Below are positions 9,762 to 18,556 of a stretch of DNA of 64,000 nt, in pieces. The notes beneath the pieces are model-generated. The model saw only the letters and a list, made by a program, of their open reading frames with translations, was not told where the DNA came from and made no database searches. How positions within the stretch are numbered: position 1 is the stretch's first letter; each line of letters begins with the position of its first letter. The translations under genes and the position numbers were made by a program. Origin of the DNA: Leptospirales bacterium. Its GTDB lineage: Bacteria > Spirochaetota > Leptospiria > Turneriellales > JAOUFE01. Location of the stretch: positions 1 to 64,000 of the forward strand of contig JBEQLE010000005.1 of NCBI GenBank assembly GCA_040326155.1. The letters run 5' to 3'.

Positions 9762-10370
9762 ATGTTTACTGGATTAGTCGAAGAGACCGGGCGTGTGCGC
9801 TCGATAGATACAAAAGAAGGCGGAAAGACAATTGTCATTGAAGCTAAAGAAGTCTTAGCTGACGTAAAATCCGGGTCAAGCATTGCAGTAAATGGCGTCT
9901 GTCTCACCGTAGAAGCCTTCGATAACGAAACCTTCCAGATTTTTGCCGTACCCGAAACTCTCGGTTTAACCAATATTGGCCTTTTAGAGGTCGGTAAATT
10001 GGTCAACCTGGAGCGAGCTTTGAAAGCAAGTGACCGTCTAGGCGGACACATCGTGCAAGGGCATGCTGAAGCGCTGGCCGATGTTGTTTTACTCGATAAG
10101 CATGAAGATTACTGGGACATAGGAATTGGTTATGACTCGCCTTATTTAGTACCGAAAGGCTCTATTGCACTTGACGGAATCAGTTTGACGATTCACAAAA
10201 GAGATGGTGCTAACGTCATTTTTCAGATTATTCCTGAAACGCTTCGAAAAACAAACATTCCTGAATGGCAAATAGGCACAAAAGTTAATATTGAAACCGA
10301 CTATCTAGTCAAAGCCATCGATAACATTGCTAGATGGGAAAAAGAACACAATTCTCCTGGCGTCAGTTAA
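9762..10370 (+). CDS. ribE: Riboflavin synthase (alpha chain)
   Basis: MFTGLVEE start; SIAVNGVCLTV, VNLERAL, GGHIVQGH and KVNIETD motifs. Confidence 0.96.
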   Translation: MFTGLVEETGRVRSIDTKEGGKTIVIEAKEVLADVKSGSSIAVNGVCLTVEAFDNETFQIFAVPETLGLTNIGLLEVGKLVNLERALKASDRLGGHIVQGHAEALADVVLLDKHEDYWDIGIGYDSPYLVPKGSIALDGISLTIHKRDGANVIFQIIPETLRKTNIPEWQIGTKVNIETDYLVKAIDNIARWEKEHNSPGVS

Positions 10371-10374
10371 ACAT

Positions 10375-10650
10375 CTAAACATCTAAATATTTTTTCATTA
10401 GGGAAGGCTCAGGACCGAGCATACGAAGACGCAAAGAACCAGGGTTGTGGTTTTCAATAATTTCTACATAGTCAATCGATTGAATCTCTTTTAAAACCAT
10501 TTTACGCAAGGCGTAGGTTCCAATTCCATGGATTACTTCTACTTCGGCGGCTCCTGCCATAAAAGCTCTTTCCAGTTCAGCTAAAAAATGAGACTGTGCT
10601 TCGATATAGCGCAATTTTCTTATGTATATGGTTTTCATATGTAAATTCAT
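10375..10650 (-). CDS. Stand-alone Smr domain protein (start may be 10638)
   Basis: VEVIHGIGTYALRKMV and NPGS, typical of Smr domains. Confidence 0.8.
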   Translation of the reverse strand: MNLHMKTIYIRKLRYIEAQSHFLAELERAFMAGAAEVEVIHGIGTYALRKMVLKEIQSIDYVEIIENHNPGSLRLRMLGPEPSLMKKYLDV

Positions 10651-10691
10651 GTTTGTTTCATGTTTACATAAGGCGCAAGCGATAATGTAAC

Positions 10692-11462
10692 ATGGGTATT
10701 CGTAAAAATATTTTTAGACTGTTTATAATTGGTTTGTCAAGCATATTTGTCTGGCCGGTAATTTCCAAATCTGCGGCTAAAAATAGCTCACCAATTGACG
10801 GTAACAAAGCGATTATTTTTTGCCTGCACGATATAGACGGGGCGGGTCGTTATTCCATTACCACAGACCAGCTTGAATCTATTTTTAAATACCTGCAAAA
10901 TAAGTTTGAGGTAATTTCGCTGCAAGAGTGGAAAAGGAAAATTGTAAATAAAGAGGTGTTTTTGAAACATCCTGTAATTTTAACTTTTGACGATGGTACT
11001 CCCGCTGTTCGAAAAATAGTGACACCTATGCTTCTAAAATATAATTTTGGCGCCACCTTGTTTATCTACATAAACCGATACGCAGATCATTCTACTTTTT
11101 TCACTTTTTTGAAAAAGCTTCCGGCGTCCATTGAAGTGGGTTCTCACTCTTTCAACCATTTCGATATGAAAAAGCTTTACAAAAATGACCCAAAAGGTTT
11201 TTACAAAGAACTTTTTTTGTCGAGAAAAAAACTGGAATATTTAATAGAAAAAAAAGTGGAATCTTTTGCATGGCCCTATGGAAGCTACGCAGAAGAGATG
11301 GTCGAGCTTGCCCGTAAAGCCGGGTATACAATTCAAGTCAGCACAGATTATGCCCAGGTAAATTATGAAAAAGATGAAATTCTGGCTCGTTTTACTCTGG
11401 AAAGTAAAGATCCGCTTGGGCGGGTGAAAAAGGTAATTGAGAAAAACTTTTCCGGTTTATAA
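10692..11462 (+). CDS. Polysaccharide deacetylase (NodB/CE4 family), exported
   Basis: ILTFDDG, GSHSFNH and FAWPYG motifs; N-terminal hydrophobic segment. Confidence 0.9.
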   Translation: MGIRKNIFRLFIIGLSSIFVWPVISKSAAKNSSPIDGNKAIIFCLHDIDGAGRYSITTDQLESIFKYLQNKFEVISLQEWKRKIVNKEVFLKHPVILTFDDGTPAVRKIVTPMLLKYNFGATLFIYINRYADHSTFFTFLKKLPASIEVGSHSFNHFDMKKLYKNDPKGFYKELFLSRKKLEYLIEKKVESFAWPYGSYAEEMVELARKAGYTIQVSTDYAQVNYEKDEILARFTLESKDPLGRVKKVIEKNFSGL

Positions 11463-12363
11463 TAACCCAGCGGGAGTTTCCCAGATATCCCGGTTTTTGT
11501 TTTAAATCATCTTTAGAAAGTTTCGTTTTTATAGTAACAGGAAAATCATCAGTGGCGTCCTTACTCTCGATACCTAATAAGCGAATTTGGGCAATACCTT
11601 CATTGTTTTTTTGCAATTTATGGTTTAAATAAAATATATTTTTTCCGAGTTTTTGCATCTCTTGGACCGTACTAATGGCTCCGCTTTTTTTACCACCGTT
11701 CATAAAAAACAGAGATTCGCCCAGCGCAGCTATAATACGATTTCGCTTTAGAAACAGGTAGGGCTTTGGTATTCGATCATCGGGATGTTCAGAGATAATT
11801 AATATATTTTTACTCTGGCCTTTTGCCATGCGGTAAAAATATTCATGCTCTACCGGGTACACATAGTCAAAACCACTTCCCAAAACGCCTATCGTACCGC
11901 CTTCCAGGCTATTGGCATGAACGACTCCGTCGATGCCTGCTGCGAGTCCTGAGACTGTCACGTAACCTGTTTCACTGAAATGTCTAGCAATTTGCCTCGT
12001 TAACGCCACCGACAACAGACAAGGTTTTCGTGAACCCACCAGAGACACTTTTTTTCGGGTTAAGAGATTTCGGTTTCCACGTAAAAAAAGCAACAGAGGA
12101 GGTTGCTGCAATCGATATAACTCTTTGGGATATTCGCTATGCCCGAGATAGAGTATATTCCCCATATGCAATTCGTGACTTTTCAGGTATGTAAAAGCTC
12201 TTTGAGCCTCATCAGGAAAGTTCGTATTTATTTTCTTTGCATTTTCTAGTATCGCAATTTTATTCTTAGCGTCGGAAAAATCGCGAACTGCTTTTCGATA
12301 AGAGACTCCTTTGTAATAAAGGGTCAAATAGGTTAATATGGTTTGGTACTCTACACTTTGCAT
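11392..12363 (-). CDS. dprA: DNA-processing protein DprA
   Basis: YPKELYRLQQPPLLLFLRG, VGSRK, VSGLAAGID, FLKRNRIIAAL and SGA motifs. Confidence 0.9.
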   Translation of the reverse strand: MQSVEYQTILTYLTLYYKGVSYRKAVRDFSDAKNKIAILENAKKINTNFPDEAQRAFTYLKSHELHMGNILYLGHSEYPKELYRLQQPPLLLFLRGNRNLLTRKKVSLVGSRKPCLLSVALTRQIARHFSETGYVTVSGLAAGIDGVVHANSLEGGTIGVLGSGFDYVYPVEHEYFYRMAKGQSKNILIISEHPDDRIPKPYLFLKRNRIIAALGESLFFMNGGKKSGAISTVQEMQKLGKNIFYLNHKLQKNNEGIAQIRLLGIESKDATDDFPVTIKTKLSKDDLKQKPGYLGNSRWVIINRKSFSQLPFSPAQADLYFPE

Positions 12364-12368
12364 AACAC

Positions 12369-13196
12369 TCAGGGTTCTGGTGTTATAATAACCGATTTCT
12401 CCTTTTTTTTACGCAAATTTTCACTTATTTTATTTAAATTGGAAATTGCCTGCTTATATTCGGGTTTTTTTTCAACATCGCTACCATAATTCTTTTGTAA
12501 TTGGTGAATTAAAGAGCTATATTGATTGGACGCCTGGTTTGGCATATTCAAGAAATTGTAGATACCGCCCAGAGCAAAGTAAGATTGAGCGTCATCCGGG
12601 ACCTTCCTTTGGTATTCTACAATCAGATCAATGGCTTTTTTACGAAATCGAGATCTTTCAATATGGTTGTCTCCATACTCAATGCTGAATCTACTTTGCA
12701 TCCCAAATGCATAAAAATAAATGATTCCCAATTGGAATTTGGCTTTATGAAAATTAGAGTTCAGGTTTAAGACTTTTAAAAAAGTTTGTTCCGCTTGAAT
12801 GCTTTTTTGTTTTTCCCAGTTATGCATTTTCGCCAGATTACCCTGGCATAAGCCAAGCGTAAAAAACACTTCCGGATCGGTATAACCAAGGACGATCGCC
12901 TGTTCGAGTTCGGTTATACATTTTTCGTACATGCCAACTTTTGCATAAGTCTCTCCAATCTTTCGGTGTAATCTCGCTGCGTTATCGGCGGCCTTAATCT
13001 TTTTATTAATTTCCTTTTCATATACTAATACTTGTTCTTCCCAATCTTCCACTTGATCAGAACTTTGTTCAGAGTCAGGCCCGTATCGTTTGTTCACTTG
13101 CTTTTTTTGCCAGTTTGCCAACCACTCCGGAGTAGCGCAGGCGGTAAAACTCATAGTGAATATTAACATTAAAATTAAAACAAAATACTTTCCCAT
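12369..13196 (-). CDS. TPR-repeat lipoprotein
   Basis: Signal MGKYFVLILMLIFTMSFTAC; helical TPR-like repeats. Confidence 0.75.
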   Translation of the reverse strand: MGKYFVLILMLIFTMSFTACATPEWLANWQKKQVNKRYGPDSEQSSDQVEDWEEQVLVYEKEINKKIKAADNAARLHRKIGETYAKVGMYEKCITELEQAIVLGYTDPEVFFTLGLCQGNLAKMHNWEKQKSIQAEQTFLKVLNLNSNFHKAKFQLGIIYFYAFGMQSRFSIEYGDNHIERSRFRKKAIDLIVEYQRKVPDDAQSYFALGGIYNFLNMPNQASNQYSSLIHQLQKNYGSDVEKKPEYKQAISNLNKISENLRKKKEKSVIITPEP

Positions 13197-13244
13197 AGGG
13201 TAATTGACGGAATCAAAACTCAAACAATCAAGTCATTTATTTAA

Positions 13245-13456
13245 TAAGGAAGGAGGGAGTAGAAATTCAGGAAAATATTTTATAAGGAAGGCAGTTTGGA
13301 AAGCAGGAATTCAGGAAAAGAGGGGAATGAAGATATATTTTGTTTGTTTTAGAGTCCATTTGTTCCTAAAAGTGATCTTTGTAAATGAACCCTGACTCAA
13401 AATTCGAAGATCTTTTTTTCCATTCCTGCATTCCTTATGACCTCCTGCCTTCCTTA
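13245..13456. repeat. Dispersed inverted-repeat element, copy A (MITE/REPIN-like)
   Basis: Arms TAAGGAAGG(C)AG...CAGGAA and TTCCTG...CCTGCCTTCCTTA; the core aligns by eye with 21395-21587. Confidence 0.75.
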
Positions 13457-13514
13457 CCATTTTTCTTCTTACAATATAGTCAAATAGTACTTTTCTTCTT
13501 ATTGCATATTCGGT

Positions 13515-15059
13515 ATGTTGTCACAATCGATGAAAACAGGCATACGTGTAAAGGTTCTACTTGCCATACTTACCTTGATAACAATTATTATTGTATCAAT
13601 TGGCGTTTATACTATGATTTCGCAGAGTAATAGTTTACGTCGGAATATTCTGGAAAACACAGAGTCTGACGCGCGTACCTTTGGGTTCTGGGCTGCTCGG
13701 GCGATCGTGCTCGACGATGACTTTATTGTTGTAGATAGTCTTAAACTGCTTAAGAAAAATCCGGGCTATGTATATGGACGCGCAATAAATCTGCGAGATA
13801 AAACCGTTATATACGGGTTGTTCGGCGATCAATACCAGGAAAAACAAGAAAAATACGAAGATTATCTTAAACTCGAAGATGAGTTCTGGGAACTTGCCGA
13901 AACCCTCGAAAAAGACCAAACAAATATAGTCGAGTTTTCGGTTTCCGATGAAAGCGAAAAATATTATGCTATTTCATACCCTGTCTTTCGCCCTTTCGCT
14001 GGCGATGACCCGCCCAGAGATGGAATTGTGCAGGTTATTATCTCCGATGCCATTATTCGAGATACTATCCGTAGAAATGTTCAAGGGTTGATTATTGCCA
14101 GTGTTTTATTCTGGATTGTCGGGGGCCTTGGTACCTACTTATTGAGCTCTTTTATTGTAAAACCGCTTGCCAGTCTTTTAATTGGGGCCAAAAAAGTAGG
14201 AGAGGGAGACCTCGATTACAAAGTTCCGGTAACCAGTGAAGATGAGCTTGGTATGCTGGCCAAACAGTTTAACTCCATGACAGACGGCTTAAAAGTAGCC
14301 CAACAGGCGAAAGAAGAACAACTGGTATTTGACGAACAAATTCGCCAGGCGAAAGAAATTCAGGAGGGGATGAACCCGCTACACCTTTTTGATAACGATT
14401 TTTTTCAGGTGAAAGGTTTTACTCGAGCCGCCAAAGGAGTGGGCGGGGATTATTTCGATTTTCAAGAGTTACCCGATGGTCGCCTTGCGCTTCTTATTTC
14501 TGATGTGTCCGGAAAATCTATTTCGGCGTCTTTGGTTATGGTTCTTATTAAAACCGTTGTTGCGACCTATTTGAACTTGTTCGACTATATACGTTCTGAT
14601 ATTATTTGCGACACCATTAACAGAGTAATGGCAACCCAGTCTCACATTGACAAATTTGCGACAATGATCTTTTTAATTTACGACCCAAAAACGGGAAGTG
14701 TCGAATTTACGAATGGAGGGCAAGGTCCACTATTTGTATACCGCGCTGTAGGTAAAGCCGTTACAATGTCCAAACTACCTGGTCTTCCGCTGGGTATTGA
14801 CGAAGATAATGAGTATCATGTATCAAAAATTCATTTGCATAAAGGCGATATGGTTGTATTGTATACGGATGGAATTACCGAAGCTTATAATACCGTTAAA
14901 GATGAATATGGCCTCCAGGGTTTAAGGCAAAACATTCTTGATTACTCGGATAACGCTGCCGATGTGATTGTTGACAGAATTGTAAAAGATATTGATGAGT
15001 TTGCAACAGGTATGGAACAGCACGACGATATGACATTAGTTGTATTGAAAATAAAATAG
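13515..15059 (+). CDS. Membrane HAMP + PP2C (SpoIIE/RsbU-type) phosphatase
   Basis: Two TM helices; HAMP (DELGMLAKQFNSM); VGGDYFD, SDVSGK, YTDGITEA and DDMT motifs. Confidence 0.93.
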   Translation: MLSQSMKTGIRVKVLLAILTLITIIIVSIGVYTMISQSNSLRRNILENTESDARTFGFWAARAIVLDDDFIVVDSLKLLKKNPGYVYGRAINLRDKTVIYGLFGDQYQEKQEKYEDYLKLEDEFWELAETLEKDQTNIVEFSVSDESEKYYAISYPVFRPFAGDDPPRDGIVQVIISDAIIRDTIRRNVQGLIIASVLFWIVGGLGTYLLSSFIVKPLASLLIGAKKVGEGDLDYKVPVTSEDELGMLAKQFNSMTDGLKVAQQAKEEQLVFDEQIRQAKEIQEGMNPLHLFDNDFFQVKGFTRAAKGVGGDYFDFQELPDGRLALLISDVSGKSISASLVMVLIKTVVATYLNLFDYIRSDIICDTINRVMATQSHIDKFATMIFLIYDPKTGSVEFTNGGQGPLFVYRAVGKAVTMSKLPGLPLGIDEDNEYHVSKIHLHKGDMVVLYTDGITEAYNTVKDEYGLQGLRQNILDYSDNAADVIVDRIVKDIDEFATGMEQHDDMTLVVLKIK

Positions 15060-15067
15060 GAGAAAGA

Positions 15068-15877
15068 ATGAATTTAGCAAATAAAAACTTTGTTATAACA
15101 GGTGGCTCAAAAGGTATTGGAAAAGCCATAGCCATGGATTTAGCCAGACTAGGCGCAAATATTGCCTTACTTGCGCGAAAAAAAAATGACCTGCAAACAG
15201 CTCAAAAAGAAATCAAAAAAATGTATCCTAATGTAAAGGTCTCTATATTCCCTACTGACATATCCGTACATAACCAGGTAAAAAAGACTGCGAAAGCGTT
15301 GAAAAAAGAGATGGGAGAACTGGACGGTTTAATAAATAACGCTGGAATATCGTATTCCGAAACTTTTGAAAATCAACCGGTTAAGGCCTTTGCTGACACC
15401 TCTGCAATCAAATATCTGGGCAATATTTACATGACCCGGGAATGTCTTCCTTTTATTAAAAATGGCGGGTATATTTCCTATACAGCTTCTGTTCTTGCCT
15501 ATATGGGTTTATATGGTTATACAAGTTATGTAGGTCCAAACTATGCCATTCTCGGCTTTGCTGAGTCTCTGGCACAAGAAGTTATGGAAAGAAATATTCA
15601 TGTTTGCGTACTTTGTCCGCCCGATACGGAAACACCGGGTTATGAAAAAGAGAATAAAACAAAGCCGTATGAAACCATGAAAATTTCAGAAACGGCTAAA
15701 TTGATGTCTCCTGAAGGTGTAGCAAAGAAATTTCTTATTAAAATGTTTAAAGGAAAATTTTTCATCACAGTGAATTTTGAATCAATAATGTTGTACCGGT
15801 TATCACGCTTATTACCCGGTTTTTTCCGCTGGTATCTGAAATATACCATTCGGGCGATTCAAAAGAAGAAAAAATAG
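15068..15877 (+). CDS. Short-chain dehydrogenase/reductase, KDSR-like, with an atypical active site
   Basis: TGGSKGIG and NNAG motifs; PPDTETPGYEKENKTKPYETMKISE segment; YxxxK reads YVGPN. Confidence 0.88.
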   Translation: MNLANKNFVITGGSKGIGKAIAMDLARLGANIALLARKKNDLQTAQKEIKKMYPNVKVSIFPTDISVHNQVKKTAKALKKEMGELDGLINNAGISYSETFENQPVKAFADTSAIKYLGNIYMTRECLPFIKNGGYISYTASVLAYMGLYGYTSYVGPNYAILGFAESLAQEVMERNIHVCVLCPPDTETPGYEKENKTKPYETMKISETAKLMSPEGVAKKFLIKMFKGKFFITVNFESIMLYRLSRLLPGFFRWYLKYTIRAIQKKKK

Positions 15878-15891
15878 CGTCTAATGAAATT

Positions 15892-17193
15892 ATGAAAAAA
15901 TATGTTTTCGGGATAATTCTCTTAGTCTCTTTTTCTTTTTTCTTTGCGATATTCAGCGAAGAACCCAAAGAAGAAGCGGTTGTGGAACAACCTCCTTTTA
16001 ATATTTTTAAAGAAGCAAGAGGGAAAGTTCTCCGGTGGAAACTTGAACCCGGTGATGTGGTTGAAATTAAGAAGGTTGCACAACAGCATGTAATTATTAC
16101 GGATAACACTCAAAAAAGTGAACTTGACAGAGAGGTAATTCACTGGATAACGTTGAATACGCTGGATAAAAACCGCCAACATGGTTATCATGTCGAGGGA
16201 ACATTCTCAACTCAGATTCGACAATTGCCTAAGAAAGGTACAGCGTTTCAAGCCGACGAGCTCTATTTTTCAAAATTTTATATTGCACCGATTGGTAAAT
16301 ATTATGTACCCGGTGAACAATATATGCCAAATGTTCGCCATATTCCCATTTTTCCAGATAAGAAAGACCCTGCAAATGTAGATCACCCTCTGAAAGAAGG
16401 AGATTCCTGGGCCCGCGTAGCTGAAGAGATTGTATCAGGTAAAATATTATATCGTGTTCCTATAGAGGCAAACTATGTCTATCTTGGGAAAAAAACTATA
16501 AAACGAAAAGACAAAACGAAAACTCTACATAAAATAAAAATTTCATTGGCTATAAATTATACAATCAAAGATGGCGGCAAAAACGACCCTCAAAATATTT
16601 TTGGGTATGCCACGGCGCTTTTAGCCTGGGACGAAGAAGAGGGCATTCCTTATTTAATGAGAGAAGAGATTAACCTGACTTTAATTTACGGGAATGGTTT
16701 AACGCATGAATTTGCCATAAAAAGCCTGACTAGATATAAGAAGAAAAAAAGTTTCACGAAGGCAGATAAAAATCAGTTTGTCAATGACTTGAAAGAGGCA
16801 GTCAAAGGTGATGAAGGAACAAAAATAACCCAGGACGAAAATGGGATAAAAATAGAACTTCCGGATGTTTTTTTCGACTTCGATTCTGATAAACTAAGCG
16901 AAGAAGCTGCCGCAGTGTTACAAAAAATAACCAAGGTGCTTGAAGCGTATCCGAATAAAAGAGTGTTAATTCGTGGACACACCGATAACGTTGGAAAGGC
17001 GAAATATAATTATAATCTTTCAAAAGGCAGAGCGCTTCGCGTTTTGCGGTACTTGACCGGTAAATCGAAAAAACTTAAATTAGATAACTTCTCGTACCAC
17101 GGGGAAGGCTCCGATTCTCCCGTCGCCCCGAACAGCACGTCTGAAGGGCGAAAGAAGAACAGAAGAGTTGAAATAATAATTCTCGATAACTGA
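15892..17193 (+). CDS. OmpA-family (peptidoglycan-binding) exported protein
   Basis: Signal peptide; C-terminal FDFDSD..GHTDNVG..NYNLSKGRA..NRRVEI. Confidence 0.9.
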   Translation: MKKYVFGIILLVSFSFFFAIFSEEPKEEAVVEQPPFNIFKEARGKVLRWKLEPGDVVEIKKVAQQHVIITDNTQKSELDREVIHWITLNTLDKNRQHGYHVEGTFSTQIRQLPKKGTAFQADELYFSKFYIAPIGKYYVPGEQYMPNVRHIPIFPDKKDPANVDHPLKEGDSWARVAEEIVSGKILYRVPIEANYVYLGKKTIKRKDKTKTLHKIKISLAINYTIKDGGKNDPQNIFGYATALLAWDEEEGIPYLMREEINLTLIYGNGLTHEFAIKSLTRYKKKKSFTKADKNQFVNDLKEAVKGDEGTKITQDENGIKIELPDVFFDFDSDKLSEEAAAVLQKITKVLEAYPNKRVLIRGHTDNVGKAKYNYNLSKGRALRVLRYLTGKSKKLKLDNFSYHGEGSDSPVAPNSTSEGRKKNRRVEIIILDN

Positions 17194-17195
17194 GA

Positions 17196-17396
17196 TTATT
17201 TCATTTTGTATTTGCGTTTGAATTTGTCTACACGACCAGCTGCATCAACAAGTTTTTGTTTTCCTGTGAAAAATGGATGGCAATTTGAACAAATTTCCAC
17301 TTGAATAGCAGCTTTCGTTGAGCGAGTTTTATGCTCAGCGCCACAAACGCATTTAATTGTTGATTCTACATAGTCTGGATGAATTTCAGCTTTCAT
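17196..17396 (-). CDS. rpmE: 50S ribosomal protein L31 (Zn-binding type)
   Basis: [40 protein letters not shown] before ATG 17396. Confidence 0.97.
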   Translation of the reverse strand: MKAEIHPDYVESTIKCVCGAEHKTRSTKAAIQVEICSNCHPFFTGKQKLVDAAGRVDKFKRKYKMK

Positions 17397-17478
17397 AATA
17401 TTTCCTTTACACAGCAGAGCTGAATATATATACGTATTGTCAAGTAAAATATCGTATAGCATGGCAATGGGAAAAAAG

Positions 17479-18462
17479 ATGATCAATTTAGAAACAAAAT
17501 ACATGGGTTTAACTTTAAAAAGCCCATTAATTATGGCAAGTTCTCGGCTTAGTAGCAAAATCGCCAACACACAAAAAGCCGAAGAGTATGGCGCGGGGGC
17601 AGTAATCTTACGCTCATTATTTGAAGAGCAGATTATGGCCGAAATATACAAAGGCGAACCAGATAACATCGCGGAATACCATCCTGAAGCCGCAGACTAT
17701 TATAATAATATAGCAAAAGATTATTCCATATCGAAATATTTTAAATTAATTGAAGAGACGAAAAATGCGGTTGAAATGCCAGTTTTGGCCAGTATACACT
17801 GTATTTCAAAAGGTCAATGGATTGAATATGCTACCAGGCTTGAAAATGCCGGAGCAGATGGACTTGAGTTAAACTTATATATTACTCCCGATAATCCATC
17901 GCAAAACTCAACCGATATTGAAGCTCATTACCTCGATATAATTAAAGAGGTTCAATCCAGAGTGAAAATTCCGGTCGCAGTAAAACTCTCTCCTTATTTT
18001 ACAAACCTCTATCAAATGGCTGAAAAAATTGATAAAACAGGTGTATCTTCCATTGTGTTATTTAACCGTTATTATACATTCGATATTGATGTCGATAAAA
18101 TGGCTTTAACCTCGGGTAATTTACTTTCATCTGAAGATGAAAACTCAACAACACTTCGTTGGGTAAGCTTAATTTATGGTCGTATTAAAGCTGACCTTTC
18201 GGCTGGAACCGGTATTCATAATGCGAAAACTGCCATAAAGCAGATGCTTGCAGGCGCTTCCACCGTACAAGTTGCGTCCGTGCTGTACAAAAATGATATG
18301 AAATCATTGTCTGAAATAGTAACCGGCATCGGTTCGTGGATGCAGGAAAAAGGTTTTAATTATACGGAAGAGTTTCGCGGAAAATTATCGAAAGTCCAGA
18401 GTAAGGAGCCATATTCTTACGAGAGAGTTCAATTTATTCGCCAGGACATGGACGTAAAATAA
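17479..18462 (+). CDS. Dihydroorotate dehydrogenase-like flavoprotein
   Basis: [45 protein letters not shown] and AGASTVQ motifs; lacks the SCPN catalytic loop. Confidence 0.88.
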   Translation: MINLETKYMGLTLKSPLIMASSRLSSKIANTQKAEEYGAGAVILRSLFEEQIMAEIYKGEPDNIAEYHPEAADYYNNIAKDYSISKYFKLIEETKNAVEMPVLASIHCISKGQWIEYATRLENAGADGLELNLYITPDNPSQNSTDIEAHYLDIIKEVQSRVKIPVAVKLSPYFTNLYQMAEKIDKTGVSSIVLFNRYYTFDIDVDKMALTSGNLLSSEDENSTTLRWVSLIYGRIKADLSAGTGIHNAKTAIKQMLAGASTVQVASVLYKNDMKSLSEIVTGIGSWMQEKGFNYTEEFRGKLSKVQSKEPYSYERVQFIRQDMDVK

Positions 18463-18556
18463 GAAAACGTATTTCATCTTTCCTATTTTTTGTGAAACTT
18501 AAGCCATAGATTCGTATTATACTTGCCTTTTCGGCCAAGACCTGTAGTTTGTCGCC

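Noticed and set aside
13346..13356. GTTTTAGAG, like the start of a type II-A CRISPR repeat (also near 21462)
   Set aside because: The two copies are 8 kb apart inside the dispersed element; there is no repeat-spacer periodicity and no cas gene.
17397..17669. 157-aa N-terminally extended L31
   Set aside because: The extension overlaps the divergent DHOD-like gene; the real start is ATG 17396 with an RBS.
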